Shown here piece after piece: positions 1 through 10,177 of a stretch of 59,502 bases of DNA (positions are counted from its first letter, which is position 1; every line of letters starts with the position of its first letter). This DNA is from a bacterium (GTDB lineage: Bacteria; Patescibacteriota; Patescibacteriia; Magasanikbacterales; GWA2-37-8). Position numbers and translations under genes: made by a program. Under the pieces are notes generated by a model. It was not told the DNA's origin. It made no database searches and saw only the letters and a program-made list of their open reading frames with translations. The DNA is taken from positions 1 through 59,502 of the forward strand of contig JBDRCM010000002.1 in the NCBI GenBank assembly GCA_043821725.1, in the 5' to 3' direction.

Positions 1-328
1 CCGGCAGGTTGTTTATATCATGCCAAGCCCATTCGCAAACTGTTGGCCCCGGCTTAACTTCTCCTTTTCGTTTTGCCAAAAAATGCACTAGCTGTATTTT
101 AACATTATCAACAGTATCTTCCAATGTCTGCAGTTGCTTTAATATTTTAACATCTAAGCCGGTTTCTTCTTTGGCTTCGCGAATACAGGCGTCTTCATAA
201 CTTTCATTTGACTCAACTTTTCCACCGGGAAAAAACCAAGGAGTTATCTCATTCCTTTTTCTTTCCTTTATCAGAAGGACTCTTTGATTTTCAATTATTA
301 CTGGGCCGGAACAAATTATTATATCCAT
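1..328 (-). CDS. NUDIX hydrolase (3' end truncated by window edge)
   Basis: Manual minus-strand translation from ATG 328: MDIIICSGPVIIENQRVLLIKE...FFPGGKVESNESYEDACIREAKEETGL contains the Nudix box GX5EX7REUXEEXG; missing from the ORF track because it has no stop in the window. Confidence 0.9.
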   Translation of the reverse strand, partial: MDIIICSGPVIIENQRVLLIKERKRNEITPWFFPGGKVESNESYEDACIREAKEETGLDVKILKQLQTLEDTVDNVKIQLVHFLAKRKGEVKPGPTVCEWAWHDINNLP

Positions 329-388
329 ATTTTATTATAGCAGGCAGGGAATTATGTCATTATTGTCTGCATTATATTTTGCTATTAA

Positions 389-621
389 GGGTCTGTCGAC
401 AAATGCGCTTTCGTGACGAAGTTCATAAATTATGAGACAAAATTGTTGATAATTTCATAGTTATCTTCGCTCGCTCAGAAAAAAAATTATCATTTTTCTT
501 TTCTCTCGCTTCGCTTGATAAAAAATTTTGAGGCCTATCTGTAAGACAAGCCAAGAAATTTTGAAACGATTTTGGCCGTAATTTACCAATTGCAGTAGAA
601 ATGGTATTTGGCGACAGACCC
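389..621 (+). mobile_element. MITE family A, copy 1 (~233 bp)
   Basis: Terminal inverted repeats GGGTCTGTCG(A)CAAAT / ATTTGGCGACAGACCC; body nearly identical to copies at 6802, 41637 and 49887; no clear TSD here. Confidence 0.85.
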
Positions 622-639
622 ATATTAGAAGCCTGTTTA

Positions 640-712
640 CCCCGCGACTTTTTGCAAGATCGGGTTTATTAACACATCGCAGTGAGCCCTCGTCCTTTGT
701 AAAAGGCGGGGT
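640..712. repeat. Imperfect inverted repeat (REP/mini-element-like) after the mreD stop
   Basis: ACCCCGCGACTTTTTGCAA ... TTGTAAAAGGCGGGGT arms. Confidence 0.4.
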
Positions 713-1231
713 TCATTTTACGTAGTTCGGATTTATTTTTTTTGCAAATCTATGAGTTATTAGAAAAAACAAGATAGCAAAGCAGGATGTTATCAGTATT
801 TGAATTACTATTGATGTTGGCAAAAATGAATTGAACAATGAAAATTCCAGTCCGTTAAATACGCCGTAGAAATAAATCTGCAAGATGAGCACAAAATTAT
901 AAAATAAAATTCCAATTGCCATGGAAAATATAGTTGTATATAAAGTTCTGTTGGTAAAAATATTTTTCAGAATCCAATTAACAGCAACAGCAGTTGAAAG
1001 CATAGCTAAGAAAATCGCGCCAAAGGGGGTTGAGGCGCTCGCCTCTTGAAATAAGCCAACCAACAATATAAACCATAAAATTATGTTGATTTTTTTGGAT
1101 AATAAAATAATCCAAATCATCGTAAAAATAACGATTTTTATTTCATTGATAGGATATGGCATTGCATTAATAAAAAATATATTTGCAAGAATTATTGAGG
1201 CGCAAAACAGCGCAAATTTCAAGAAATTCAT
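713..1231 (-). CDS. mreD: Rod shape-determining membrane protein MreD-like
   Basis: 172 aa multi-TM protein directly downstream of mreB-mreC; GLFQE..S..PFG resembles the MreD motif. Confidence 0.7.
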   Translation of the reverse strand: MNFLKFALFCASIILANIFFINAMPYPINEIKIVIFTMIWIILLSKKINIILWFILLVGLFQEASASTPFGAIFLAMLSTAVAVNWILKNIFTNRTLYTTIFSMAIGILFYNFVLILQIYFYGVFNGLEFSLFNSFLPTSIVIQILITSCFAILFFLITHRFAKKINPNYVK

Positions 1232-1234
1232 AAT

Positions 1235-2032
1235 TTAGTCAGGTACTATTACGCTGACAAGCGATACCTTTTTGAGATCAGCGGCAGGCAGAATGAGAGC
1301 TTTTTGAAAGGGCTGATAAGATTCATTTTCCGAAACTATAATTTTACCTATGTAAAGACCACTTGGAATACTTCCGTCCAAACCGGATGTTACAACCATA
1401 TCACCGACCAATATTGTCTCGTTCTGTGGAATTAAATCCATTTTTACGCTCAAGCCAAAACCCCCTTCAATTACTCCTATGCTTTTGTTGCTATTTAGAA
1501 CAATGGCCGCAATTCGACTATTTGGGTCGTTTATCAATCGCACGAAAGCTGATTCTTCATTTACTTGTTGTACAATGCCAATCAATAGTCCTTTGTTTAC
1601 AACTACAGCCATTCCGGTTTTTATTCCATTTTTTTCACCTAAATTGATTATATATGCACTGCTTATACTGTCGGTACTTTTGCTGATTATGCGGCCACTA
1701 ATTAATTTATATCCGGAATCATCCATAAAATTTAGCATTGACTTTAATGTCTCGTTTTCTTCCTTTATAAGCTGAACTTCTATTTGCGCGGCATCGCTAT
1801 CCTTTTTTTCGCTGATGCACTTATCATATTTTTCCAATATATCTTTTTTTAAATTGCCATCGCTAATTCGGAAGTCGATCCATTGTTTAGAGGAAAGAAA
1901 GAAGTTTCCGAGCGGATTTGAAACAACCAAAATTTTGTTTTCAAAAAATTTTAACCAGCCAAAATAATGAAAAAAAATGAGCAGTATAATTGCTCCGGTA
2001 AGCACGTAGCTTTTTTTAAAAACCTTTCGCAT
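1235..2032 (-). CDS. mreC: Rod shape-determining protein MreC
   Basis: N-terminal TM, coiled coil, INLGEKNGIKTGMAVV..GLIG and GDMVVTSGLDGSIPSGLYIG motifs; follows mreB. Confidence 0.95.
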   Translation of the reverse strand: MRKVFKKSYVLTGAIILLIFFHYFGWLKFFENKILVVSNPLGNFFLSSKQWIDFRISDGNLKKDILEKYDKCISEKKDSDAAQIEVQLIKEENETLKSMLNFMDDSGYKLISGRIISKSTDSISSAYIINLGEKNGIKTGMAVVVNKGLLIGIVQQVNEESAFVRLINDPNSRIAAIVLNSNKSIGVIEGGFGLSVKMDLIPQNETILVGDMVVTSGLDGSIPSGLYIGKIIVSENESYQPFQKALILPAADLKKVSLVSVIVPD

Positions 2033-2034
2033 AA

Positions 2035-3078
2035 TTAATTTTTATTCTCCGGTTTTACAACTATTTCTTCCAGTAATTCCGGTTCATCAAGGAGAATTCC
2101 GGCACCCCTAACCACTGAGGTTAAAGGATCATCAGCTATTCTCACGGGTATTTCAGTCGCTCTGTATATTAAATTTTCAATTCCTCGCAATAATGCCCCG
2201 CCACCGGAAACTAAAATTCCGCGTTCGTGAATGTCTGCAACCAATTCCGGAGGAGTAATTTCAAGCGTTTCTTTTATGTTGTCAATAATTGTTTTAAGAG
2301 ACTTATTGGTTGCTTCACGCACTTGAAAATCATTTATCATTATTTCTTTAGGCAAGCCGGTTAAAAGATCTCGTCCACGCATTGGAAACTGCATTGATTC
2401 GCTAAGTTCAATCGCGGATCCGATTTTAATTTTTATTTCTTCGGCTTGTCTCTCTCCCAACAGCAGATTAAATTGATCTCTGGCATATTGCATAATATTT
2501 CGGTTCAATTCATCTCCGGCAATTGGAATAGATTTCCAAAGCACGATTCCGCCAAGTGAAATAACGGCAATTTCAGTGGTTCCGCCACCGATTTCAACTA
2601 TAAAATTTCCTACTGGCTCACGAATCGGCATTCTGCAACCAATTGCCGCTGCCATTGGCTCGTCAACTATCCAAACTTCTCTTGCACCGGCGCTCATAAC
2701 GGAGTCATTTATTGCCTTTTTTTCAACTTCTGTAATGTCCAATGGGGCTCCAATAACAACTTTTGGCCTTGACATAAAGGAGCTTTGCCCTTCATAAACT
2801 TTGTCAAAAAAATATCGGATCATTTTTTCAGTTACCTCAAAATCTGAAATAATACCACTGATAAGAGGTCGAGTGGATAAAATATGAGGAGGGGTCTTTC
2901 CAAGCATTTCTTTCGCTTCATTGCCGACTGCCAGAATCTGATCTGTGCGCGAGTTAATTGAAACTACACTGGGTTCATTAATAATTATTCCCCTGCCTTG
3001 AACATAGACCAGCGTGTTTGCCGTCCCAAGATCAATACCTAGCCCCTTTCCCGTCCTCTTAAATAGGTTTGCAAACAT
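2035..3078 (-). CDS. mreB: Actin-like rod shape protein MreB
   Basis: GIDLGTANT, EPMAAAIG, EIGGGTTEIAVISLGG, SGGGALL motifs. Confidence 0.98.
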   Translation of the reverse strand: MFANLFKRTGKGLGIDLGTANTLVYVQGRGIIINEPSVVSINSRTDQILAVGNEAKEMLGKTPPHILSTRPLISGIISDFEVTEKMIRYFFDKVYEGQSSFMSRPKVVIGAPLDITEVEKKAINDSVMSAGAREVWIVDEPMAAAIGCRMPIREPVGNFIVEIGGGTTEIAVISLGGIVLWKSIPIAGDELNRNIMQYARDQFNLLLGERQAEEIKIKIGSAIELSESMQFPMRGRDLLTGLPKEIMINDFQVREATNKSLKTIIDNIKETLEITPPELVADIHERGILVSGGGALLRGIENLIYRATEIPVRIADDPLTSVVRGAGILLDEPELLEEIVVKPENKN

Positions 3079-3088
3079 AACAGAAATC

Positions 3089-3478
3089 TCAATTATTCTT
3101 AAATTTTCTTCCGGTCAAAATAATACTCTCCAATATTATGAAAGTTGCTACTATCAGCAGGCCGGTTAAAAGCGTCAGCAATTCAAGCTGTAATAAAGCC
3201 AAAGCGACCAGAATTATGCTTGATATTAATATTGCCTGTTTAAATGTGCGTTTAATGTGGTGAAAAACAACAATATCATTCTTTGATATTCTTTTTTTTA
3301 TCAAAAAACCGATAATTGAAATAGTGCCTGTAAGAGCCAAAAAAAGCGAACTGTAGAAAAGCATAAAAGCGATAATTTTACTCTCAGCAGGGTCAATATT
3401 TCTCAAAATCAAAAACCACACCGTCCAACAGACAGCAGTTCCCCCGGCCATTATTATTAAGTATTGGCGCAGTGTCAT
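3089..3478 (-). CDS. Hypothetical 4-TM membrane protein
   Basis: Hydrophobic ORF MTLRQYLIIM...; ATG 3478 preferred over TTG 3490, which lies in a MITE end remnant. Confidence 0.75.
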   Translation of the reverse strand: MTLRQYLIIMAGGTAVCWTVWFLILRNIDPAESKIIAFMLFYSSLFLALTGTISIIGFLIKKRISKNDIVVFHHIKRTFKQAILISSIILVALALLQLELLTLLTGLLIVATFIILESIILTGRKFKNN

Positions 3479-3480
3479 AT

Positions 3481-3497
3481 TATTTGGCAACAGACCC
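3481..3497 (+). mobile_element. Solo terminal inverted repeat of MITE family A
   Basis: TATTTGGCAACAGACCC matches the family end TATTTGGCGACAGACCC at 16/17. Confidence 0.55.
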
Positions 3498-3561
3498 TAT
3501 TTATACTATCGCATTTGTTTGAATTTTGCAAGCTTTAGAGGGCGTTAGCCCAATATCCGAG

Positions 3562-3852
3562 TTAATTCAAATATGTGATTTTTTTTATGGTATTTAAGCC
3601 AAATTTCTCATTTAATTCATTGAGTATTTTTGTTTCGCGCAAGCGTATTTCCTGGGCAGACGTTGAACTTAGGCAGGCCAACGTCAATGTTTGATTTTTA
3701 AAATGCACTGCGGATATACGTTTGGTTATTTCAGATCCGAAATAACGTTTTAAAATAATATTGGCCGAGTCAACCACCAATGCTGCAGACACCCCGCGCC
3801 AAATCGGAGATATTTTTTGTTTGGCGTTTATGATTGAATTTATGCTTTTCAT
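3562..3852 (-). CDS. DUF721/DciA-family protein
   Basis: 96 aa with ..AVHFKNQTLTLACLSSTSAQEIRLRETKILNELN pattern typical of the DciA/DUF721 KH-like domain. Confidence 0.7.
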   Translation of the reverse strand: MKSINSIINAKQKISPIWRGVSAALVVDSANIILKRYFGSEITKRISAVHFKNQTLTLACLSSTSAQEIRLRETKILNELNEKFGLNTIKKITYLN

Positions 3853-6782
3853 ATCCTGAATTCACAAATATCGCGATAATGACAATTTGCGCAAATATGT
3901 TTTGATGGATTAGCGTCGAATTCAAATGATTTTATTTTGTTAACTGTGTTTGCAATTTTCGTTTTAATATTTATAATTTCTTTTTCAGTGGCCATGAAAG
4001 CTGTTTGCTGTCCGTCCTTTACATAATAGAGAATCAATTGTTCAACTTTTCCGATATTATTATATTGTTGAAGCTGGCTCATTGCCATCTGATATGTAAT
4101 TAGTTGGTCTTTTTCATCGCCCTTTGCTTTTTCTTTGCTTGCACCCGTTTTGTAATCTATTACGATTAGTCCGCCGTTTTTATTTTGATCTATTCGATCA
4201 ATTTTACCGTTAAACAAAAAATCATCAATTTTTATTTTAAAACCTGATTCCAAACACACAGGCACAGTCCATTTTTCACAATTTGATTCATAATAATTTT
4301 TAAGCATTTTTTTTCCGTCTATAAAATATTTTTCTCGCTGTTCCCGGCTAAGATACCAATCATCTTGCCACTTTTCTTCATAAATCTTTATCAATTCGTC
4401 CAATGCGGGCGCTTTTATTGCGCCATCCTTTGAATGCCCGCTTCTGTCAATACCCTGAATACTACTGAAAATGGATTCCTGCTTTGAGCTGTTTAACTGT
4501 TGAATTCTTTTGTAAAATTCCAGCATTGCGCCATGTATTGTATTACCAAAGCTGAAGTAGTGGCTTTGCTTGCTGGGAAGTTTAATTATAGCGCCCAGTT
4601 TATATTGATAAGGGCACGTATTGTATGATTTTATTTGTGAAAATGAAAAAACTTTGGGGATTTGGTAAAAAATGATGCCGTCGTTTTTTTGCTCTTTTTG
4701 TATGCTTATTTTTATATCTTTTTCTTTTACCTTGTTGTCTGTAATCTGATAACCCAATTCATTTAAAAAACGACTAATCTTTTTCTTCCTAATTCCGCCG
4801 TAATTGCTTGAGCTTGTAAAATACAGTTTTTGCTTTGCGCGAGTGCATGCCACGTAAAATAATCTCCTCTCTTCCTGAAAATGGCTATCCCCTTCAGGCA
4901 GGTCTTCTTTAATCAGTTCAAGCGGAATTTCTATGCCATTTCCACGCCGTCTGGTGGGAAAACGATCCTCCACCATATTTACTACAAATACGTATTTAAA
5001 TTCCAATCCCTTGGCTTTATGTATTGTAATGATATTTATGGAATCAGGAGTATCCTTTGGCTGGTACAGACCGCCTTCGTCACCTGATTCAACCAGATAT
5101 TGAAATTGACTCATAAAATCGTAAATTCTTGCGTCCGGCACATTTTCTTCGTATTTTTTTAAATACTCAAAAAATTGCATTAGCTGATAAATTTGCCTTA
5201 TTACTGAACGGTTTGATCGTTCTTCTTCATGAGCCAAATATTTCAAATAACCGCTTTTTTCAAGAAAATCATATAAAATTTTATGTGGCTTTTCATTTCG
5301 CGCCTTTTTCATTCCATCGTGAATTAAATTCAATGTTTTTTCACATAATTCTATTCCGTTTTCTGATAAGCCGAACTCACGCGATCGCTTAATGGTTTCA
5401 TAATAAGAGATACTCTTCCTGCGAGCCGTGTATGTTATTTTTTGGAGATCGTTTTCCTTGATTTTCCACGCCGGAATTTGTAGAACGCGATAGAGCGCAT
5501 GTAATTCATGATAATCGTCAAGAAGCTTAAAATAGTTTAAGCAGTCCAAAACAATTGGCTGGCGATATAGTCCGCTGGATGCCAAAAATTCATAGGGTAT
5601 TTGGACGGCTTCAAATCCTGAAATAAACGCGTTGGCATGGTTATTGGCGCGAACCAGAATTGCAAAATCATCCCAGCTTGCTTCGCTGTCCAGTTCTTTA
5701 AGTTTGGCAATTTCATTTATCACAAACTTTACTTCATCCTCCAAACTGCTGTTGTGGGAATGAATTATTTCAGATTTTGCTTGATCTACCGCTTTGAGTT
5801 TTTTGTCAATTTTAAGCTTGACTTCTAATCTGTCCGGATTGTTGTTTTGAATGGAAATATATGCTTTTTCCAATATTTCCTGCCCTGAACGGTAATTTTG
5901 CGTTAAAATTATTTCCTTGGCCTTTGGATAATCATCTTTAAAGCGCATAATATTTGAGACCGAAGCCCCGCGGAAAGCATATATACTCTGATCATCATCT
6001 CCAACCACTGTCAATTGTGATTGTTTGTCGCTCAACAACCTCACTAATTCATACTGCGCCCAGTTAACATCTTGAAATTCATCAACAAGAATACATTTAA
6101 ATTTATTTTTTAATAGTTTCAAAATTTTTGGCCGTTTTTCCAAAAGTTTAACAGCGTAATAAATCAAGTCGCCGAAATCAAGCGAATTGTTGTCCAATAA
6201 AATTTGATTATACGTGTGGTAGGCATTTGCAACTTCAGTCAATCGATCTTTTTCATATCCATTCATGTTATCTTTGTCTAATTTTATATTTTCTGCATAT
6301 TCAAGATATTCCTGCGGAGCTATCAATTCATCTTTGCATTTGGAAAAATGCTTTATGAACTCATGAATATGCTTGCTCGGATTGCCAAGAGGCCGATAAT
6401 AATCAAGATTGAATTTGTCCAAATTTTTTCTAATCAAAATCCACGCATCTGTCTGGCTCAACAACTTAAAATTATCAGAAAGACCAATATCAAGCCCGTA
6501 CTCTTCCAGCAATCTTTGGCAAAATGAATGAAATGTTGATATTTGCATGTCAACATATCCAATGTCAACCAATTGATCTACTCTTTCTTCAATTTCCTCA
6601 GCCGCCTTGTCATTAAAAGCCAGTGCTAAAATATTTTCAGATTTTGCTATGTTTTTTTCAATTAAATGGGCTATTTTGCGCGTAATTACCGTTGTTTTTC
6701 CTGTTCCTGCTCCGGCTACGATTATCAAAGGGCCATCTGTATATTCCACTGCTTTTTTTTGATTTTGATTTAATGTATACAT
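3849..6782 (-). CDS. UvrD/PcrA-family helicase fused to a C-terminal PD-(D/E)XK nuclease (AddA/AdnB-like)
   Basis: AGAGTGKT Walker A, VDEFQD, VGDDDQSIYAFRGA, TIHKAKGLEF, EERRLFYVACTRAK; C-terminal GKIDRID..IDYKTG and Cys cluster C...CANC-x5-C. Confidence 0.95.
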   Translation of the reverse strand: MYTLNQNQKKAVEYTDGPLIIVAGAGTGKTTVITRKIAHLIEKNIAKSENILALAFNDKAAEEIEERVDQLVDIGYVDMQISTFHSFCQRLLEEYGLDIGLSDNFKLLSQTDAWILIRKNLDKFNLDYYRPLGNPSKHIHEFIKHFSKCKDELIAPQEYLEYAENIKLDKDNMNGYEKDRLTEVANAYHTYNQILLDNNSLDFGDLIYYAVKLLEKRPKILKLLKNKFKCILVDEFQDVNWAQYELVRLLSDKQSQLTVVGDDDQSIYAFRGASVSNIMRFKDDYPKAKEIILTQNYRSGQEILEKAYISIQNNNPDRLEVKLKIDKKLKAVDQAKSEIIHSHNSSLEDEVKFVINEIAKLKELDSEASWDDFAILVRANNHANAFISGFEAVQIPYEFLASSGLYRQPIVLDCLNYFKLLDDYHELHALYRVLQIPAWKIKENDLQKITYTARRKSISYYETIKRSREFGLSENGIELCEKTLNLIHDGMKKARNEKPHKILYDFLEKSGYLKYLAHEEERSNRSVIRQIYQLMQFFEYLKKYEENVPDARIYDFMSQFQYLVESGDEGGLYQPKDTPDSINIITIHKAKGLEFKYVFVVNMVEDRFPTRRRGNGIEIPLELIKEDLPEGDSHFQEERRLFYVACTRAKQKLYFTSSSNYGGIRKKKISRFLNELGYQITDNKVKEKDIKISIQKEQKNDGIIFYQIPKVFSFSQIKSYNTCPYQYKLGAIIKLPSKQSHYFSFGNTIHGAMLEFYKRIQQLNSSKQESIFSSIQGIDRSGHSKDGAIKAPALDELIKIYEEKWQDDWYLSREQREKYFIDGKKMLKNYYESNCEKWTVPVCLESGFKIKIDDFLFNGKIDRIDQNKNGGLIVIDYKTGASKEKAKGDEKDQLITYQMAMSQLQQYNNIGKVEQLILYYVKDGQQTAFMATEKEIINIKTKIANTVNKIKSFEFDANPSKHICANCHYRDICEFRI

Positions 6783-6801
6783 AATTGATTTTCCTCATAA
6801 A

Positions 6802-7165
6802 GGGTCTGTCGCCAAATGCGCTTCGCAACGAAATTGCTTAACGCAGCGCAGTAAGAGTCCCGCTTAGCGGGACCGAACAAGCAAGTTAACTACCCTGTGG
6901 CTTGTCACAGCGGTCTTCCTTGTTGCTTATCCTGATATCATCTGCTCTTGTCGCATGGATCGGTTCATAAATTATGAGACAAAATCGTTGATAATTCCAT
7001 AGTTATCTTCGCTCGCTCGGAAAAGAAAAATTATCATTTTTCTTTTCTCTCGCTTCGCTTGATAAAAAATTCTGAGGCCTATCTGTAAGATAAGCCAAGA
7101 AATTTTGAAACGATTTTGGCCATAATTTATCAATTGTAGTAGAAATGGTATTTGGCGACAGACCC
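6802..7165 (+). mobile_element. MITE family A, copy 2 (long variant with ~130 bp internal segment)
   Basis: TIRs GGGTCTGTCGCCAAAT / ATTTGGCGACAGACCC; extra segment includes the palindrome CCCGCTTAGCGGG; lies between divergent genes. Confidence 0.85.
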
Positions 7166-7189
7166 GTTAAAGTGCAAACAAATAAAAAA

Positions 7190-9073
7190 ATGCAAACAAT
7201 AAGCGATCTTGATCAAAATGATTTTTACACAAATCCTGATGTAAATTTTTTTGCGTGCACAAATTTCAGAAATCAATTCAGAAAATTCGGCATTAAAACG
7301 GATGATAGGCGCCGCCATATGTATGTTGTAGGCAAAACCGGAATGGGCAAAACAACTTTGTTGGAAAATATGGTATTGAATGATATTTATGCCGGACATG
7401 GGGTGGGATTGGTGGATCCGCATGGAGATTTCGCTGAAAAAATAATCAATTACATACCTCCACGTCGTATAAATGATGTGATATATTTTAATCCGGCAGA
7501 TGTTGATCATCCGGTGGGTTTTAATATTCTTGAAATATTAAATCCTGAACACAAGCATTTGGTTGCCGCCGGCTTAATGGATATATTTAAAAAAATATGG
7601 GTGGATATGTGGAGTTCCAGAATGGAATATATCCTTAACAATACCATTCTTGCTCTTTTGGATTATCCGGGTACCACTTTGTTGGGTATTAACAGAATGC
7701 TTTCCGATTCAGAGTACAGAAGGCGCATTGTGCGTAATATAAAAGATCCTGTAGTTAAATCTTTTTGGGTTACTGAGTTTGCTTCTTACCAGGATAGATA
7801 TGCACAAGAAGCAGTAGCGCCTATCCAGAATAAAATTGGACAATTTTTATCGGCATCAGTTATTCGTAATATTGTTGCCCAAGTTAAATCCAAGATTAAT
7901 GTGCGCTCAATAATGGACGAAAAAAAGATATTTATAATGAACCTTTCAAAAGGCAGAATAGGCGAAGACAATTCGCGCTTGCTTGGCGGTATGCTGGTTA
8001 CCAAACTTCAGTTGTCTGCAATGGAAAGAGTTGATACGCCTGAAGAACAGCGTCCTGACTTCTTTCTTTATGTTGATGAGTTTCAAAATTTCGCAACGCC
8101 GAGTTTTGCAAATATTTTATCAGAAGCTCGCAAGTATCATCTAAGCTTGATAATGGCTCATCAATATATGGAACAGCTTGATGAGACGGTATTGGCTTCT
8201 GTAATAGGCAATATTGGTTCAATCCTTACTTTTCGAGTGGGATCAACTGACGCTGAATTGCTTGCAAAAGAATTTATTCCCACTTTTGAAGAGCCGGATC
8301 TTATAAATTTGTCTAAATACAATATCTATCTGAAGCTTATGATAGACGGAGTGGCATCCAGGCCTTTTAGCGCTAATACTTTGCCGCCAATAGCAACACT
8401 AACCAACAGCGCTGAGAAAGTAATTAAAGTTTCACGAGAAAGATATGCTGCAGATCGTAGCAGTATAGAAGACAAGATAGCCAGATGGAGCGGAATGGAA
8501 ATAGAAGGTTATGATGATGAGGAGGAGGATTTATTTATTCGAGAAAAAGAAAAAAATAAGATAGTTGCGAGAAATGTTAAAAAAGATTCTCCTGGCAATT
8601 CGCGCAATATTGGCAATAATCGGTTAAAACAGCAGAAATATTCAGGATCAACTCCAAGAGCAGGTGGAAAATATAAACCAGCTGGATTTCAAAAAGTTGG
8701 GCAGGAAAACAAAAAATTACCGCATATTTCATTTGATAAAGCACGCAAGGTCTCAATAGTTGACACTTCGCAAAAAGGAATTTCGCTTGAGTCATTGGCA
8801 AATACTGCACTGCCACGCAACAGCAAGTATTCAGGCAACGCACAATACAATAACGGAGGACCGGTTACAGATGATGAAATGACAAAATTCAAAAATAGCA
8901 TCAATTCAAATGATGATGGAAACTTATCTGCGATTAGAACAAAATCAAAATTTAACGTTGGCACGCAACAGCTGCCAAATGTAAGTTCGTTATCAAATAA
9001 TTCGCTGTCTTCCGCTCAGGAGGATAATATAAAACGCACGCTTCGCTCCGGGCGCGTTGCAAAATTTGAATAA
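7190..9073 (+). CDS. VirB4/TraG-like (HerA-FtsK superfamily) ATPase with a disordered C-terminal tail
   Basis: RRRHMYVVGKTGMGKT Walker A, LVDPHGD, FFLYVDEFQNF Walker B, SEARKYHLSLIMAHQY; upstream ATG 7145 is inside the MITE. Confidence 0.9.
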   Translation: MQTISDLDQNDFYTNPDVNFFACTNFRNQFRKFGIKTDDRRRHMYVVGKTGMGKTTLLENMVLNDIYAGHGVGLVDPHGDFAEKIINYIPPRRINDVIYFNPADVDHPVGFNILEILNPEHKHLVAAGLMDIFKKIWVDMWSSRMEYILNNTILALLDYPGTTLLGINRMLSDSEYRRRIVRNIKDPVVKSFWVTEFASYQDRYAQEAVAPIQNKIGQFLSASVIRNIVAQVKSKINVRSIMDEKKIFIMNLSKGRIGEDNSRLLGGMLVTKLQLSAMERVDTPEEQRPDFFLYVDEFQNFATPSFANILSEARKYHLSLIMAHQYMEQLDETVLASVIGNIGSILTFRVGSTDAELLAKEFIPTFEEPDLINLSKYNIYLKLMIDGVASRPFSANTLPPIATLTNSAEKVIKVSRERYAADRSSIEDKIARWSGMEIEGYDDEEEDLFIREKEKNKIVARNVKKDSPGNSRNIGNNRLKQQKYSGSTPRAGGKYKPAGFQKVGQENKKLPHISFDKARKVSIVDTSQKGISLESLANTALPRNSKYSGNAQYNNGGPVTDDEMTKFKNSINSNDDGNLSAIRTKSKFNVGTQQLPNVSSLSNNSLSSAQEDNIKRTLRSGRVAKFE

Positions 9074-9092
9074 TTATAAGTTGCGCTTATTT

Positions 9093-9893
9093 ATGGAGAG
9101 AACCAAAATTAATTCCGCTATACTGCGCAAGCTGTACGTGCCGTCCATTGAATCGCACAAAGGTCAGAATGGTCGTCTGCTTATAATAGCCGGATCTCGA
9201 AAGTATCACGGCGCGTTTTATCTTTGCGCGTCAATGGCCTCAAAAATTGTTGATTTTGTTTATGTCCATACAACTAAAGATAATTTTGAGATTATTAAAA
9301 AAATGCGTGAGCGGCTCGCTGAATTTATATATATAAATAAGCGCGACCTGAGCGCAACAATTAAGGAGTCTGACGCAATTCTCATGGGTCCTGGACTTAC
9401 TCCTGACGCGAATATTAAAAAATTGGTAAATAAAATTCTTAAAGAAAATCCACACAAAAAAATATTGCTGGACGCCGGCGCTTTGAGAGTGGCAGACATT
9501 AAATTTTTGCATAAAAAATGCGTTTTAACTCCGCACCGACAGGAATTCAAAGCGCTGTTCAACATTGAAGCATCAATGCTGGCCGCACGTGAGATTGCCA
9601 AGAAAATACCATCCATAATTATTTTAAAAGGAAGTACTGATTATATTTTTCAGAATGAAAAATGTTTTTATAATACAACAGGCAACGTAGGCATGACAAA
9701 AGGTGGAACCGGAGATGTGTTAGCCGGATTGCTCGCGGCTCTTCTCACCAAAACAGATGCCATTACTGCCGCACAACAGGCAATTTACATAAACGGTCTG
9801 GCAGGTGATCGCTTGTATAAAACTAAAAAACAATATTATAGCGCAAGCGAATTAATTCCCGAGGTACAGAAAATACTTGCAAACAAAAGATGA
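9093..9893 (+). CDS. nnrD: ADP-dependent NAD(P)H-hydrate dehydratase (YjeF C-terminal)
   Basis: SHKGQNGRLLIIAGS, GPGL, LLDAGAL, LTPHRQEF, GGTGDVLAG motifs. Confidence 0.93.
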   Translation: MERTKINSAILRKLYVPSIESHKGQNGRLLIIAGSRKYHGAFYLCASMASKIVDFVYVHTTKDNFEIIKKMRERLAEFIYINKRDLSATIKESDAILMGPGLTPDANIKKLVNKILKENPHKKILLDAGALRVADIKFLHKKCVLTPHRQEFKALFNIEASMLAAREIAKKIPSIIILKGSTDYIFQNEKCFYNTTGNVGMTKGGTGDVLAGLLAALLTKTDAITAAQQAIYINGLAGDRLYKTKKQYYSASELIPEVQKILANKR

Positions 9894-9920
9894 GCCCTTA
9901 CATTGCGTAAGGGCTGTTTT
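9893..9920. terminator. Hairpin terminator between convergent genes
   Basis: AGCCCTTAC-attgc-GTAAGGGCT followed by GTTTT. Confidence 0.7.
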
Positions 9921-9966
9921 GCGTACCGGATCGGGTGTGGAAAGTCGGGTAAAAACATGCTTTTCC

Positions 9967-10086
9967 TCATAGTTTTTTGAAACACACTGTGATGAGCGCT
10001 CCGGTTATGATGTCTTCGATGGTATATAGAATGTAAAATCCTCCCATAATGCCGTATTCCACTGCGATCAATAATTTAAACATCAT
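9967..10086 (-). CDS. Putative 39-aa hydrophobic micro-protein
   Basis: AAAGGAGA SD then MMFKLLIAVEYGIMGGFYILYTIEDIITGALITVCFKKL*. Confidence 0.45.
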   Translation of the reverse strand: MMFKLLIAVEYGIMGGFYILYTIEDIITGALITVCFKKL

Positions 10087-10177
10087 TGTGGATCTCCTTT
10101 AGTTACTGTTGAACTCATATAGAGTTATCCAACATAATATGCTATTACTAACGAAATGACAAATGTTAAAAAATGTC

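Noticed and set aside
423-623. ORFs 423-623, 7130-7510 and 41630-41830
   Set aside because: Lie within MITE copies or antisense to real genes
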